Shown here piece by piece: positions 38,170 to 52,183 of a stretch of 64,000 bases of DNA. The number at the start of each line of letters is the position of its first letter. Within the stretch, counting starts at the first letter, position 1. The notes under the pieces are model-generated. The model had not been told where the DNA came from. It worked only from the letters and a program-made list of their open reading frames with translations, and did no database searches. Both the position numbers and the translations under genes were made by a program. Source of the DNA: Podarcis vaucheri (Eukaryota); the NCBI GenBank assembly GCA_965113315.1, contig OZ220371.1. The stretch is one strand, 5' to 3'.

Positions 38170-40149
38170 TAATTTATTTGGTGCTGAAATCCTGATAATA
38201 TTTGCGCAATTATGGCAGACATGTATAAAGGTTTTCAAGGTGTGCTATGGTGTTACTAGTAGGGAATTATAGAATATCCTACTTCTACTCCATTTCATTC
38301 TTGCATGTGTCCATTCATGAATCAGTTCTGTCCCTGCATTAAAATAACAACTGCACAGAAACATATAAAAAATTCTATTTAAATACATACTTTACCACAA
38401 AATGTGTATTTATCCTAAAAATTACACATTTTAAATACACTTTTTTAATAGCCAAAATTACAAAATTCAGAGAAGTACAAAATCCAGAGGATAATTAAGT
38501 AGAAGTGGTATAAACACAGGCAGTGAAGAGAAATGTCATGCTAGGCCATGGGCTGAAGTTACATGATGCAGCAAGCGGGCTGAAATTCAACAGGTCTTGG
38601 TTTGCTTTGTATCTGGATGGGATACTGCCTGGGCATGCTGCTTTTACTTTCTACTCTCAAGATACCAAACTCTGCTTTGGATAAAAATGGGAAATGGATA
38701 GACTTTATAGTTTGAGAATTAAGAAATAGCAGTTTGAAGGGTCTTGGAATAATAAAGTAATCTGTAGCCTTTTCAACAATCAGTTCTTATTGTCTCAAGA
38801 CTGGAGAACCTTGAGAGATCAAACACTGTTCATAGGGCAAAAGCAGCACTGAATTTTGCAACAGGGAGATCAACCTGCCCATTTCCAAATATATACTGAG
38901 GGCAGCTTTAGCACACAGTACAGAGTCCTTTTGGAAATCAGTGGACTGGGCAATACAAAACCATCCTCTATAGCAGAGGTACAATTAGCTTTCCTGTCCC
39001 ACTTCACTTAGCAATGAAGTTGAAAAAGGTAGATATAATCCCCGGAATGGTGTTCTGTCACACTAACTCAGTCATAGTGATAAGATCTAAAGCAGTGTCA
39101 CATGATACCGCATTGGAAGCAACTGGTACATCCTGAGGAATGCTGCTAAATTGTTTTCCAAGCTCAAAATAAATAAAAATAGAGTGGCAGGCTCTTTATC
39201 AGGGCTCGGGACTTTAGTGTGATTAATTCCGCAATTTAGCCATACTTTATTTGAACGTTAGAGATAAGGGTAGAGTGGTGGGTAAGTGCCAGCTCAGTTG
39301 TGCTCCTGCCTCCATTAATAATCTGTGCAGATTTCATTCAGCTACTGGAAACAAAAACAAAGCAGCTTTGTAGAGGGAGAAACACATTGACTCTGCCCCC
39401 CGCCCCCACTTTAAAGAACTTAGAAAATCTTCTGTCAACATTGCTGGAAATTCAGATCTATCTCACCAGCCAGGCCTGCCTTCTTCCACTAGCATTTAAG
39501 AAAAGAGGAGTTCAGATGCTACAAAAATTCACTATGGAGAGTTCTAAAAGACCTGCATAGCATTCATTCTGGGGTATGCTACCCGCTGCTTCAAATATCA
39601 GTTTAATCCGGATAAAAACTGCCTTGTTGCATCTTCAGTTATTCACTACTGGGTTACCTGTTGAACTACACATTCATCATGCTGTCATTTAACAGCTGAA
39701 AATAAGGACACACACAGAACATCCTCTGTTTTCACACTAAATTACTTCCATGAAGGAAGGCCTGTTATTCATATTTCATTACTGAAAGCTCTACTCTGGC
39801 CTATTGTTTTCTAAATATTTATTTATTCTGCAACAGCCTAGGCTCTACTTTATGTTTGTTCTTTGGGGTCAAGATGTGCGGGAAAAATACAGATGTCATA
39901 TCTTTAATCCATTGACTAAAGGGGGCCATAGATTTCTCTTTCCAGTGCATCAATATCAGTCTTTTGGCCATAGTAATGGCACAAATAATCCATGTACGTT
40001 ATCCAGTTGTCAAATTCCATATAGTAGGTATGTAATTCAAAATAATATTTTCCTCAGAAAACTTTAACTTTTTCTCCACAGTCCTGTTCTTAATGCCTGC
40101 CTCAAACCAGTCAGGGATCTGCTGATCTCTTTTTCCAAAGGAGGACATA

Positions 40150-40880
40150 AGTTGTGTTGTAGGTTGCCTCTTTGATGTGGTTCCACCTTACTTTAAAGTT
40201 CTCTCTGAGGCAGTTCAGCGGTGCTAGTTCAACAGCATCAGAGAAGCATTCACAGAGTTTAGGTATGACTGTTCCGGCTATGTTTATCCATGGTCACACT
40301 TTCTGCTTTGTTCTATGTCTTCTTTGGCTGGAGAATGATCTTGCTCGCCACCAGGGAGAGATCAAGGTTGCAGTCAGTACTGTGGTAGAGTCATTTGACA
40401 CAAACACAGTTCAGTGCCGATCACCTGGTGACAATCAAGTACAGTTGGTGCCAGTGGCCTGACATTGGATGCCTCCAGGACACTCACCATTTTGCCTTGG
40501 TAGAGAACATGTTTGTGTTGCAGAAGCTGTGGTATGACCACAGTTCAAGCAGCCTTTGTTTGTGATTGTTCATGATGCCAATACCAACGTGGTCTATGCA
40601 GTTATTCCAGGTGTCTCATGGAGGTGTATGGATGCAGTACCTCTGGTGGGGGGAGGGGACACACTGTGCTCCTTCTGGGGGTTTGTCCATCTTTGGTCCC
40701 CACTCTGCGCTAAGTTCTCACCTGTGGCTTCTATAAGCTGTTAGCACGTGACAGTGGTCACACCCTGGAAAATGGCTTGAACTGGCCAGTTAAACCTGGT
40801 GAAGGTAGCCTGTGGTTGTTAAACCCTCAGTGAGTTAGAGACTTGTTTACCTGTTGACCGAGGGCTTGCTTCATCTCCGT
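40150..40880 (-). mobile_element. RTE-clade LINE remnant: 5' region plus AP-endonuclease segment (pseudogenised)
   Basis: The minus strand (40615 to 40326) reads DTWNNCIDHVGIGIMNNHKQRLLELWSYHSFCNTNMFSTKAKW*VSWRHPMSGHWHQLYLIVTR*SALNCV...YHSTDCNLDLSLVASKI. This matches RTE endonuclease motifs (N.NG..LL, SW.HP.S..WH.LD, DC.TDH) with in-frame stops. Confidence 0.85.
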
Positions 40881-43820
40881 CTTTCAACCACCTCTGGTCT
40901 GGTTAGCATCTTGAGCTTTTATACTTCCACTATGTGCTCTGATACATAGATCAAGTTCTATGAGGAACTAGGCCAGGCTGCCAGGAGGGTCCCTGCCTGC
41001 TGGGAGACAGGCTGCTGGGAGATTTCAATGCCAGAGTTGGGCATAATCCTCACACATGAGAGGAGGAATAAGTGACTGACAACAGCAGTGGGAGACAGTG
41101 GTGACAGCAGTGTTGGGAGAGACCCATTGGAAACTGAAGTAGGCGTAGGCCAGGCATTTGCCACAATGTGTGCTATGTACATGAACAGCCAGACATATGC
41201 TGTGTTGGACATCACGGTGAATCAAAATTTCTGCAAACTATCAACAGTTTTTTATTTGCTATTCAATTGGTCTGCCAGTTCATATATATATATAAAATTA
41301 TGTTTGAACTTGTATATCTTTTACATTGTGGAATTGGGCTTGCATGTTTTGGAATATGGTATTGATTTTGATTTTGTTTTTGTAGGATTCCCTTCTTTTA
41401 TTTACACTTTTTAGATTTGAATCGCAAGTAAATGTGTGTTTAACTGCTATAAGCAATCCTGAATGTATTTTAAAAAATAAATTCCACATGCAGGTTTTTA
41501 TACTGGGCATAGCCCTGATGCAAAGCCACCCACCCACCCACCTACACACACTCAGTGTGAAATCCACTTGCATTACAATTGATATGCATGTTGCATGGCA
41601 GTGTATGAATTTTTCAGGTTATGAAGCATTTCTTAATCTTAATACACATGAAGTGTATCAGACTGGGACACTTTATTGACCAGGGGAGTCAATATTGTGT
41701 GATCTATAAGTGGTTGGACTACAAATCTACCAGTCCAAGCCAACAAAGCCAGTGGTCAAGGACAAACCATTGCAATCCAATACCAATGCTGGCTACACCA
41801 GTTATTTATGTTTCCAATATTACGTTAAAAAAAACTTCTCTTGTATACCTATGGAAAGCTATTCAATAAATGCACTATCACTCTGAAAGCACTACAAATA
41901 AGTATGGTTCCATTATGCATTTGCCACAAAACAAGACAAATGATTCCATGAGATGCACATCAGTCAGAGCTAAATGGTCCCATGTCAAGTCAAGTCCCAT
42001 TTCCATCCTTCACACCCTCTCAGTAAGTGTTCTTCATCGGGAACTGCAAGGTATTACAGATAAATAATCAAGCCACTTCTAGGATTTACATAAGGAAGTG
42101 GAAGAGGCATAGGCAGATGAATACAGAGTTGCTATCATAAACAGCAAAAAGAGAAAAGGAGAAAAGGCCAAATCTTTAAAAGGAAAAGCATATCCACGCA
42201 GGATGAATTTTAATCATTTCTCAGAACAGTGTGTTGTCAAGGAAATTGGAAGGCTTGCTCTTCCTTGAAACCCCAGTTATGAATCTTGTACGGACAAGGA
42301 GGACCATAATAGGGTGAAGGAAACCTACTTCACACATGTCTCAATCAGCCTAGACAAGCTCCATGACCTCAGTGCTGGACTATTTATAAAGCAAGCTGCA
42401 TTTTCATGACATACAGGAATCCTAACAGCACCATAGAGAGCTCAATTTACTTCACTGTCACTTCTCCAAGCTCCCAGGAAAAAAAAGAGGCTTCACTCAA
42501 GGTTGTTTGCCTTACCTAATAAATATTAATCTCCCTAAGATGCTGAAATGCATTTTCTTTTCTTTAAAGAACCTCTGTATGTGATTTAAAACAGCAAAAC
42601 AAAACAGGACTTTCCCTACCAGTTACATCAGAAGGTGGATATCATGGTAGATTACGGCTACAGTTTCCTGTACGCTTACTTGGTTGTGAGCATCATTTAA
42701 CTCAGGGAGACTTATTTCCAACTAAACATACAAAGGTTTGGAATATATGAGGCTTGTTTGTTTGTTTACTTTTATTATGCATTGCTGGTAGTCACTGGTT
42801 TGAACTCTACAGTGAGGTCATAGTATTTAAGCAAACCCACATAAAATTCCTAGAAACCATTTTATATGAATTTTATGTCAGGTTGCTTAAATACTATGAC
42901 CTTCCTGTAGCGTTCAAACCAGTGACTACCAACAATGGTTTCATAATCTCACAGTGGAGTCTATGCTTTGGTATCAGTATCTATATACTTTTAATATCCT
43001 TCTTAATGGAAATTCTTCCTACTTTGAAATCACTTTAAGGAGAGCTGACAGCTAGAGGCATAAAATGCACCTGAAACAGTATGCCAATCAAAAAAGGTAA
43101 AAAGGGAATAAACATAGTTTCTAATGTATGACACAGCTGTTATGCATTTCATCATTTGACAGGACAGAAACAAACAAACAATCTATTTTTTTTGAAGATA
43201 ATTTGTTCTCCCCAGCCCAATGTTGCAATTTGAAAGTGCCCCCCAACCCATTTTCAAGCCATTTTTATTTCTAGAGTGTGTTGTACATATTTCATTTTCT
43301 TTTTGAGGTCATCTAATTTGATTCGTCTTAAGAATCGCTAAGTAGAGAAAATGTAGGCCTATGAAGAACAAATGGGTTACATGGTTCTGTCATGTAATAG
43401 TTTGAAGAATCATGCAATCCATAGAACTGCTGGAGCTCTGCACACTGACAGAATACTCATTAAGTCCTCTAGGTATGGTGACAATTAAAATACACAAGGT
43501 AGGATCAAAGATCAGAGATAGAAAATAATTCTACACTTGCCTTCTGGTAGCCTTTCCTCTGTGTATATCATTTGAGTTATAGTTGTTGAGTTAAAAAAAG
43601 TATTGTAAAGCAGAAATCTTCTAAGACTTGTTCTTCTATCTAACAGATGCACAGCAGAACACAAGACTAGTTAATCTCTAGCTTGATGCAAATGCTTTAG
43701 GGAATCTGTCAAAAGAGCCACCATTTCAGAGGTAAGAAATTACTACTCCTATTTTTATCTGAACTTTATAGAATGTGACTTCCAAACAAGGTTAACTAGA
43801 CACCTAGAATACGTTAAAAA

Positions 43821-43833
43821 CCACCAGGTGGCA
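43821..43833 (+). promoter_or_regulatory. Candidate CTCF site
   Basis: CCACCAGGTGGCA matches the CTCF core consensus; motif only. Confidence 0.3.
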
Positions 43834-46800
43834 ATATTGTATCTTGGGCACTGAGACCAAAACTCATCATTTTGGAGGCAATACACTGCAGAACAGGGTC
43901 ACACACTGCCTACAACACAACTGTGGTTAGGGTTTCCATATTTCAAAAAATAAAATTCCTGACACCCAAAAAAGTTACTGCTTTTTTAAGAAACCCACCA
44001 TGCTTTTTTTTTAACAAAACCAAATCGTTGAGCTGACGTATGGCAAGCCTAACTGCCATACTTAACACCTCTACGTATATTAAAGGATGTACCATGCTTC
44101 ATTTCTAGACAGCAATTTTGCCACCATGAGCATCTCCTTATGCCTGAGATGTGAGGTTTCATTTACAGATATATAATACAGATATATCAAACTGACATAC
44201 AGGTAGAAGAGGAAGAGGAGAAGACAGAGGGTGAAGAAATAGTTCTGTGCAGAGGGGGAACCCTTCCCCATCCTTTGGAACCCATGGGAAACTCAATAAA
44301 TCTGCTGTTCCTGGAATTGGTGTGGGAAGCGTAGCTGAATGGGATACAGCTGTGGGCCTTCCACTTTGGGCCTGCCCATAAAGTGCAGGTCCAAAGTGAT
44401 AGACTAAGGTGATGCCTGTGGTTTCCAGGATCTTTTCTCTCATTGTGAGACTTTGGTGGGTGAGTTTGTTTGGACCCTAGGTGACAACCCAGAGGCTGAG
44501 ATGGAAGGCGTATCAGAAGGAAAATGAATTGATACTGTTTTTTATATATTAGTAACCTTGTGTTAGTGTAACATTTTAATATGTAACTGTGTATTTTTGT
44601 AATATTTTGTTTAAGTTGTCTATTGTTGCTTCTTTTCTGTACACCGCTTAGAGATATTTATAAATAGAAATTAAATAATCAATCAAAAATCATCCAGTCT
44701 TTAAGGGCATAAACTCACATATCTCATTCAATAGAAGTGGCAAACCTCCTTAATCATGTCTACTACATTGACATCTAAACATCCATTTTAAAATATTGTA
44801 TACAACTCAACAAGTTTCATATTCAGATGTACACAGGAACCATTATGTAGGAAGTTATCTACCTACCTATGTAAAAGTTCAAAGCTTGTGTTAAATAAAA
44901 AATCACTAAGTGGAGGTAATTTTCACAGCAGTTCTCATTGTTTCAAATCTATAAGCTTAGGTTGTAAATATTCACAGTTAACAGCAGTTTTCTTTTCTCA
45001 GCTCTATTCCAATACACTGTGAGAATTATGTTGTTCTAATCTGTAAATTTCCTTGTGCACACCTGCTTTGTCACATTAGGTGAAGACTAATATATATGTT
45101 AGATGAAAATGATTTCATGAAAAACCAAGATGTCATTTGCACCTATGCTAATAAAAGAGTTGTTCAAAAAGACCAATTATTTATGTGTTATATAACCCTT
45201 GGCAGAGCTGGGATAGGCTGTGTAAAGGACAGGTCTTGATGCCTCACTGTACTCTGACAGCCAGCTAAAGGAGGTCCAGCTGAAGCTATCATCTTACCTA
45301 TTATGTCTGCTTAAATGTTTGGGCAGCCAGAGGTGTTCAGAATCCACAACCTATCTTCTATTAAAGGTTCTATTTATTTGAAACTAGTTCCATAGATTCA
45401 CCCGTGTTCTCCCTGTTAATTTAATCAATTCATCCATCTTTCATGGAAAAGATTAAATGGTCAAGTAAGATCTTTAAAAAGCCAGCATTTATAACATGCA
45501 TAGGAAACCTGATATAGCATTATTGGAAACCAGCTGAGTTGTCCGATCAAGCTACACAGAAGTCAACTCTTCTGATTGCTATTTACAATAACTGGAATTC
45601 ATTAGTACTCTGAATCCTAATTAACATTTCATTTAGCGCCAGCAGTATACATTAAAATATTCCAGACCTGATCCAGGAAAAGGGTAGGAGGGTGGGATGA
45701 ATTTGAATGCAGACATGAGAGATTTGTTTCCTTGTCCCAAACACAGCAGTGTAAACAGAACTGCCAGCTGTTCTCCAAAACACTCCTGAGTTAGCACTGC
45801 TGTGGAAAAACTATTTGGAAAAAGAATATAAAGTCCAAGTGTATGTCCATAATCTCTTGCATATGTGGAAAGGGATTGATCTGGGTCTTTTAAAAAGCCA
45901 TAGTCTTTGGCCTATTGATCCTAAACACATTACTTGGAAGTAATTCCCATTTAAATAAACTAGTAAATACTTCTAAGAGGAGCCGGAAACTAAATCCTTC
46001 TCAGAGGCAAAAAAAAACAAAAAAAAAAAACCACAATCTGAAACAATCCTTTCACCTAACCAAGGTCAGAATGCAAATCTGAAGTCACTGTTGTGTGTGC
46101 TTTTGCTTTCTTTTTCACCAGGAACCAGGAAGAAACAAGGCCCGGATAAGAGCATTTTGCCACTTTCTGTGCCAGTTCTGCAAGCAAAGCTGGAAGCCAA
46201 GCTCAAAGTGTGAATGAATATTTCTCTGTCTAACTAGATTCTGTGTGTCTGACTTTGAGTTCTGCCCTTGAACTCAGCTGACATGCTGAGTGTCAGCTCT
46301 ATCGCACTCTCTCTCTCTCTCTCTTAGTGCCTGCACACTGGTCCATTTTGCTGTCACATGCTAATTAAAAAATCATTGCTCTAAGTAATGTTTACCACCA
46401 TGAAAGAAACTGAATCATTGGGGGGGGGTTCAGGTAGGGCAACACAAAGGAAAACAATTTGGACTAACATTTGTCCTGTCAGCCATGTTCCTCCAACCTG
46501 AAAGGGAACGTACGGATGCATTTTGTAAGCAAAAGCAGTATTTCCTTACTGATTCTGAAATGAAATATTCTTGTTTTCCTCACACACGTGCTTTTGCTCT
46601 GAGCTAAAATAGAGAAGAATCGTCCCTCTCCACAAATTCTGGGATGACAATCAACGGGTATCAAATTCCTTTTACCTAAAGCTTGGATCAGGGAATCTGT
46701 GAAATCTGAACTCAGATTCAAAGTAAGGCCCTTTGTAGGCCACTTCTGTTTATTCGCTTAAATAATATGCCTTCTGTTGCATCTGCTGCTGCTGTTCAAT

Positions 46801-47017
46801 GCCATTAATGCTTAGCTACCACCCCTAGTGTAGAACTGTCCCCCAAGTGAAAACCCTCGTGGCCTAGGATGGAAACAAGGCCTCAATTTACCAAGTCCAT
46901 TATCGCCCCTGGACGTGTAGAATGATAATGGAAGTGACAGAGGTGCAGCTGAAAATTGGCTCTTAATATTTTATGTGTTAAAACGGAAGACTAGAAATCT
47001 CACACTGTTCTTCAGGG

Positions 47018-47021
<4 letters not shown>

Positions 47022-47055
<34 letters not shown>
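47022..47055. repeat. (GT)n microsatellite
   Basis: Seen directly. Confidence 0.95.
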
Positions 47056-47058
<3 letters not shown>

Positions 47059-47397
47059 AAATGTCTTTCAGGATTCTCTTTTCCATAAGAATACCAAATG
47101 CAACTACCTTACATATTAGAAAAGATAACACAAAATGGGACAGATGATGTTCTTATTGTGCTATTAAACACCCCTGTGCCAAGAGGGGATTTTTTAAAGC
47201 ACCAAATGAAATAATATAAACACAACATAAATGTGATTGTCCAAATATCCAGGATGTTTAGAACTGTTGGAAAGATGAAAGGGATACACTGAAAACACAC
47301 ACCCTACAATGTTGCTTTATTTTCATTTGTGTGCTCAATTTGGGTACAGATTTGAATGTTTGCCCTGAAGCAGTATTTTCAAATTGCTTTCGTTAAA

Positions 47398-47400
<3 letters not shown>

Positions 47401-47442
<42 letters not shown>
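47401..47442. repeat. (TC)n microsatellite
   Basis: Seen directly. Confidence 0.95.
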
Positions 47443-47447
<5 letters not shown>

Positions 47448-48073
47448 GTACTTTTTGTTACCTGTTCATTTCATCCTGGCGATATAATGTTTGCAAATTA
47501 AACCCTTATAACAAGACAAAAAAGCACCAGCTGAAAAACTATTAATCAAGGCTGTCAGCATCTGTTGCCATGTAATGGTGATGAAGAAACAACAATTGAA
47601 AAATTAAAATGCTTTTTGTATTCCTTTTAAGTGATTGCTTACACAAACAAAATTTCGGCTGTCTGGCCCTTTGCCTAGCATTGCCCATTGAACCTGTGCA
47701 TCACCCACACTGCAATATAGAGGCAAGTGAGTTCTTAAAGACTAGTGCATTCATCTTTCATGACACCCCATTTGCTAGCTGGTCAGAGCATGAAAGCGGA
47801 CACGTGATCTCTGAAAATGACTTGTCCATTCTTGCCCTCTCCCCACTGCAGAGTACTGTTTCTAACAACTTGCCTATGCAAGACAAAGTAGGCTTGCTCT
47901 GAATCTATTTTGTATTCTTTCTGCCTCTAAATTATTCTCTCTGTGCCCCACAACAGTTGCATGACTATGGCATGATGCCTATTTGTACTTAGAATTTATC
48001 AAGGAGATTTCGGCCTCCTCAACTAAGGGAAGATGCGAGGGGCAGGATCACAAAATTGTATCGACAGGAGATA

Positions 48074-48251
48074 CAGTAGCACCTTGGCTTACGTTACCCT
48101 CGGGTAACGTAAACTTTGGGTTGTGAAAGTGGCAAACCCAGAAGTGTTTCGCCCCATGCACATGCACAGAAGTGGTCCCTCCAGTTGCGGAAACCTCGGG
48201 ATCTAATAGGAGATCCAGAACGGATCCCGTCCACAACCGGAGGTACCACTG
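48074..48251. mobile_element. Tc1/pogo MITE, family C
   Basis: TA|CAGTAGCACCTTGG ... CCGGAGGTACCACTG|TA; internal palindrome TTACGTTACCCTCGGGTAACGTAA. Confidence 0.8.
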
Positions 48252-49254
48252 TATTACAATATTCTGTTGTAATATGACCAAGTATGGTTTTCCTGCTCTC
48301 TTTGCATGAGATTTCATATATTCCCCAATTAAACTACTTGTGAGCGGTATTACAGTAAAGACTGACAGTTGCTATATTGGGAAGCAAAGCCTTTGTTTGC
48401 TTTTCTCCCTTCAAGTCTGCCCATCCGTTAACATGCAGTACTGAAATGTAATACCTGTCAAAAGTTCCGATGATATATATGTTTCATGGTTCATGAATTT
48501 CAAGATATTATTTTAGAAAGTCAAATTACTGTACTCCATCCACGTTTTAAAGGTGGGTGCAATTAGCTCCCTGTAGAATTACAATTTTGAAAGTTCACTA
48601 GGTTGGATGACACCTGCTGCATTTCAACAAGCACTTGCACTTGTTCTCGGAAAAAAAGAAAATAATAATTTCTATGAATTCCTAATGACACAAGGTACTT
48701 TTTTTTCAAGGTTGTTTGGAGGCCAATGAGTTATTCAGACCTTGAATTTATTCAGAGTGTGTCAATTATATTGCTTAGTCACTGGGTGGCATTGCACTTT
48801 TAGAGCAATACCCTACATGTTTACTCAGTAGCTTAAAACCCACTGTGCTCAGTGAAACTTGGTCCCAGGTATGTATACATAGGATCAAAGCCTTAGTAAT
48901 AACAGGGTGGAGTTTCCTGTGGCAGGATTTAAGACTTTTTATTGGAGTGCACATCTTTCACCTTGATCCCAACACAATCACCATTCATTTCCTACTGGCA
49001 CAAATATTTCAGTTTATGTGAAGTAGGGAAGGGCCACAGTTCAGTGATAGAACATGAGCTGTGCACACAAAACTGCAACATCTCCACGTAGGGCCATTGG
49101 CCCATGCCAAGGTGACAAAGGGAGTGGGAAAATGAGAGTGGGGAGTGGGTAGCAGAAGATAGGGAAAAGAAAGAAGCCCCAACCCATTTCAGGCTCTGCT
49201 TCACCCACCATCAGTATGTGACTGTGAATACAGCAAAGGTTGCCCACCCTTGTT

Positions 49255-49549
49255 ATGTTTTTCCCCTGGCAATCAACCCCATACTGCTTTTGAACATGGA
49301 GGTACCAAAGCTAACAGCTATTCGTAGAGAGGCCTAGGCGCTGTAAAATTACTTAATTCTTTTTTTGTAACGCCGTCTAAGCTACTGACCACATTGTGGC
49401 AAATAATCCTCCATTCTATGTGAAGAATTACTTCCTCTTGTCTTGAGTGTTCTGAATGTACTACCAAATTCATTAGGCTACTTGAGTTAACTCATCTGAG
49501 AAAGGGAGGGGGGAACTCTCTCTCAGTTTCCACACTGTGCATTGTAGAG
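49255..49549 (-). mobile_element. Old CR1 3' fragment
   Basis: TGTGGCAA...TGTGAAGAATTACTTCCTCTTGTC resembles antisense CR1 ORF2 C-terminal sequence (RK.FFT). Confidence 0.45.
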
Positions 49550-50574
49550 CAGAGGTGAATTTAGGGCAGTGCGAACGGTGCAGTCACACCGGGTGTGCAG
49601 CCAAGGAGGGCACCTTCTGAAAGCATGATAAGCATGGCTTTGAGAAGGATGCATGAGAGCTCTGATGGGTTCCTAGAGTCCTCCTGTGTCTTCCTCCAAG
49701 TTGGGCAAGCATTTACCGGGCCTTGAGAAGGAGGTAGGAGGGCTCCTGGACCCTGCCAGAGCCTCATGCTTCCTTCCCAAAGCCTGGCTTAAGTCAGAGC
49801 CATAAGGCATCTCTGCCTCTAGTAAACCTTTCAATAAACCAATTTTAACCTTTCTGAAAATTCGTCAATCATTGTTAAGAAAGGAGCAAAAGCCCTCTGG
49901 TACTTTAGAGTGAACTGAAGACTCTACATAGAGGGATAAATGGACTTGTTCTTATATAAAAGCCTATGCTCAAGAAACTTGGTTGAGCATGCCAAAATAA
50001 GCCCTTCAAAATAAGTAAATTCTGTAAAAACACACAATTGAACCAAACAAACATTCCTTTACCTTTAATAAGTTGGATCCAAACAATGTTATTTGAAGCC
50101 ATTTAAATCAATGGGATGAGTTTGTAATGACTTAAGTCTGATTGACTTCAATGGGAACAAAATACAACTATCTTGATATGGATCGAACACAGGATCTTAA
50201 TATCCACATGAACCTTCCAGTTGTAGGAATGGAAGCTCGGCAGAAACTGAATAAGTCTATAGTAAAGAACAATTTGGGGTCATAATGCTTCTTTTGCATC
50301 AATTACATCTCCAAACATTAAGAAGAATCTGTTATTTTCAAATCCCAAGATCATTAGGAAACATCTCCTTATTAAAATCTCATTCTTGATTTCAAAATAT
50401 ATTTATTTGAATGAACAAGAGCATTAATTATAGCATGTACACGAAAATCAATTTCAGATTTGAAATCAGCATTGAAAGAACGTATAAGAACAGTTGAAAA
50501 ATCTCATGCAACAGAAAATGAAAAAAAAATTGTTCCCCACTGTTATAGGTACTTCCCAAAAATTAAATAAAAAT

Positions 50575-50579
50575 ACACA

Positions 50580-50630
<51 letters not shown>
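50575..50630. repeat. Compound (AC)n(AG)n microsatellite
   Basis: Seen directly. Confidence 0.95.
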
Positions 50631-50635
<5 letters not shown>

Positions 50636-51815
50636 TGCATCAGCCAGAGATCGCACAAACATTTCTCCCTCGAGTTTCTCTGTACGTTTCAAAGGTAGCT
50701 TTGTATTTCCTGAAAAACCCATATTGCCTGCTAAATCTTATCAGACAGACAGCTTCTGCTATCAAAGAAATGCTGTTGCAATATCCACGATCCTCATCAC
50801 CTCTGTCACTCTTCATTTGGGCAAGAGAAGCAGATGAGATTCTACTCTTGTGGCAACCAAAGGAGGGAACAAGCAAGCTAGAAGAAAACTGCCTGGAGGA
50901 GTCTTTGCCCTGCACACACATTTCCGATTCACCTGCATTTAATGCTATTAATGTTTTAGCAGCTGCGGTACCAGGGTCAAACTGAAATTTTGTTCTCTGT
51001 TTCATTCTGAAACATCAGCCACAGACATTCTGCTGCATTTCCTCTCTTTCTCTCTACATACAGCCTTCAGAAAAAGGGGAGCAAATAAAGGAACAATTTA
51101 TGGAAAACGTCACAGCCCTCATTCCCACTAATTCGAATTTTAAAATATTGCATAGTGAATTAAATCAGAATCTGGGCATCTTTGCAGCGGGAGGCAGGGA
51201 ATCCCCTTTGCTTCCACACATGTTCTGAATTGGATGTACTTCATAATATCAGGGCTCCTTTTGAGGAAATAAAAGTCTCCTGTCCCTCATATCAAAAAAT
51301 TGGGACATTCTCAAATGGAATATATATAAAAAAGATTAAATCAGGTAATCTTATCCAGGAGGATGAGCCTTACTTCTGTATTAATGACCTGTGTTCCTGA
51401 AGACAATGTGGTCCTGGGCAACCTCAGAATGGGAGCATCAGGAATGGTGAACATGCTCCCTTGAAAAAAACCTTTGACACCACTCCTGATCTTCCCCTGC
51501 AATGCACAATGCAGAGATGTCCAGGGGTAGTCTCAGTTGATACAGGTCAATGAGGTAGTTCACTAGGCCTTATCATTGTGTGAGCTGATGGTATAGCATA
51601 GCACTTGAAGTATATAAGAGAAAACTGAAGAAAGCACCCCTATACATAAAGACTGTGTGAATAATGCATGTGGCAGTGATTTTTACACTTTACACTTAAA
51701 AGGAAACTCATTTGTCTGCTGAAGAAACCCCATGGAACCCATATGCACTTCAGAAGATTCTGGGGCATGTTCTAACCACAATATTTGCTCTTAATACACA
51801 TTTAATGTATATATA

Positions 51816-51817
<2 letters not shown>

Positions 51818-51848
<31 letters not shown>
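51818..51848. repeat. (GT)n microsatellite
   Basis: Seen directly. Confidence 0.95.
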
Positions 51849-51851
<3 letters not shown>

Positions 51852-52027
51852 AAATTGTACTGCTAATTTAACTGCTGTGGGATTTTTCAGAAGCACAGAA
51901 AAAAAAGGGGGTGGAAAGAATCTTAAGAGAGGAAAAATTGAAAACAGTCAAATGAGAACTAAACATGCTCAGTGGTCATGAAATGTTGATTGAATGTTAA
52001 GTGGTTGGGAGGGAGGAGAAATAGAAT

Positions 52028-52183
52028 GGAAGCTCCTGCAGCCAATCAGAAGCCGCGGAAGCCCCGTTGGATATTCGGCTTCCAAAAGAACATTTGAAAA
52101 TCGGAACACTCACTTCCAGTTTTTGATCATTCGGGAGCCAAAGCATATGAGTTCTGGGGCTTTGGGGAACCAAATTACAACTG
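52028..52183 (+). mobile_element. Tc1/pogo MITE, family B copy 2 (right half only)
   Basis: CCTGCAGCCAATCAGAAGCCGC...GGAACACTCACTTCCAG...AACCAAATTACAACTG|TA aligns by eye to ~30495-30638. Confidence 0.8.

Noticed and set aside
40060-40140. Strong plus-strand acceptors (TTTTTCTCCACAG at ~40081; also ~46121 and ~52761)
   Set aside because: No matching donor or recognisable reading frame; such sites arise by chance in 64 kb.
50494-50985. 163-aa ORF
   Set aside because: Spans an (AC)n(AG)n microsatellite giving THTH/ERER runs; no homology.
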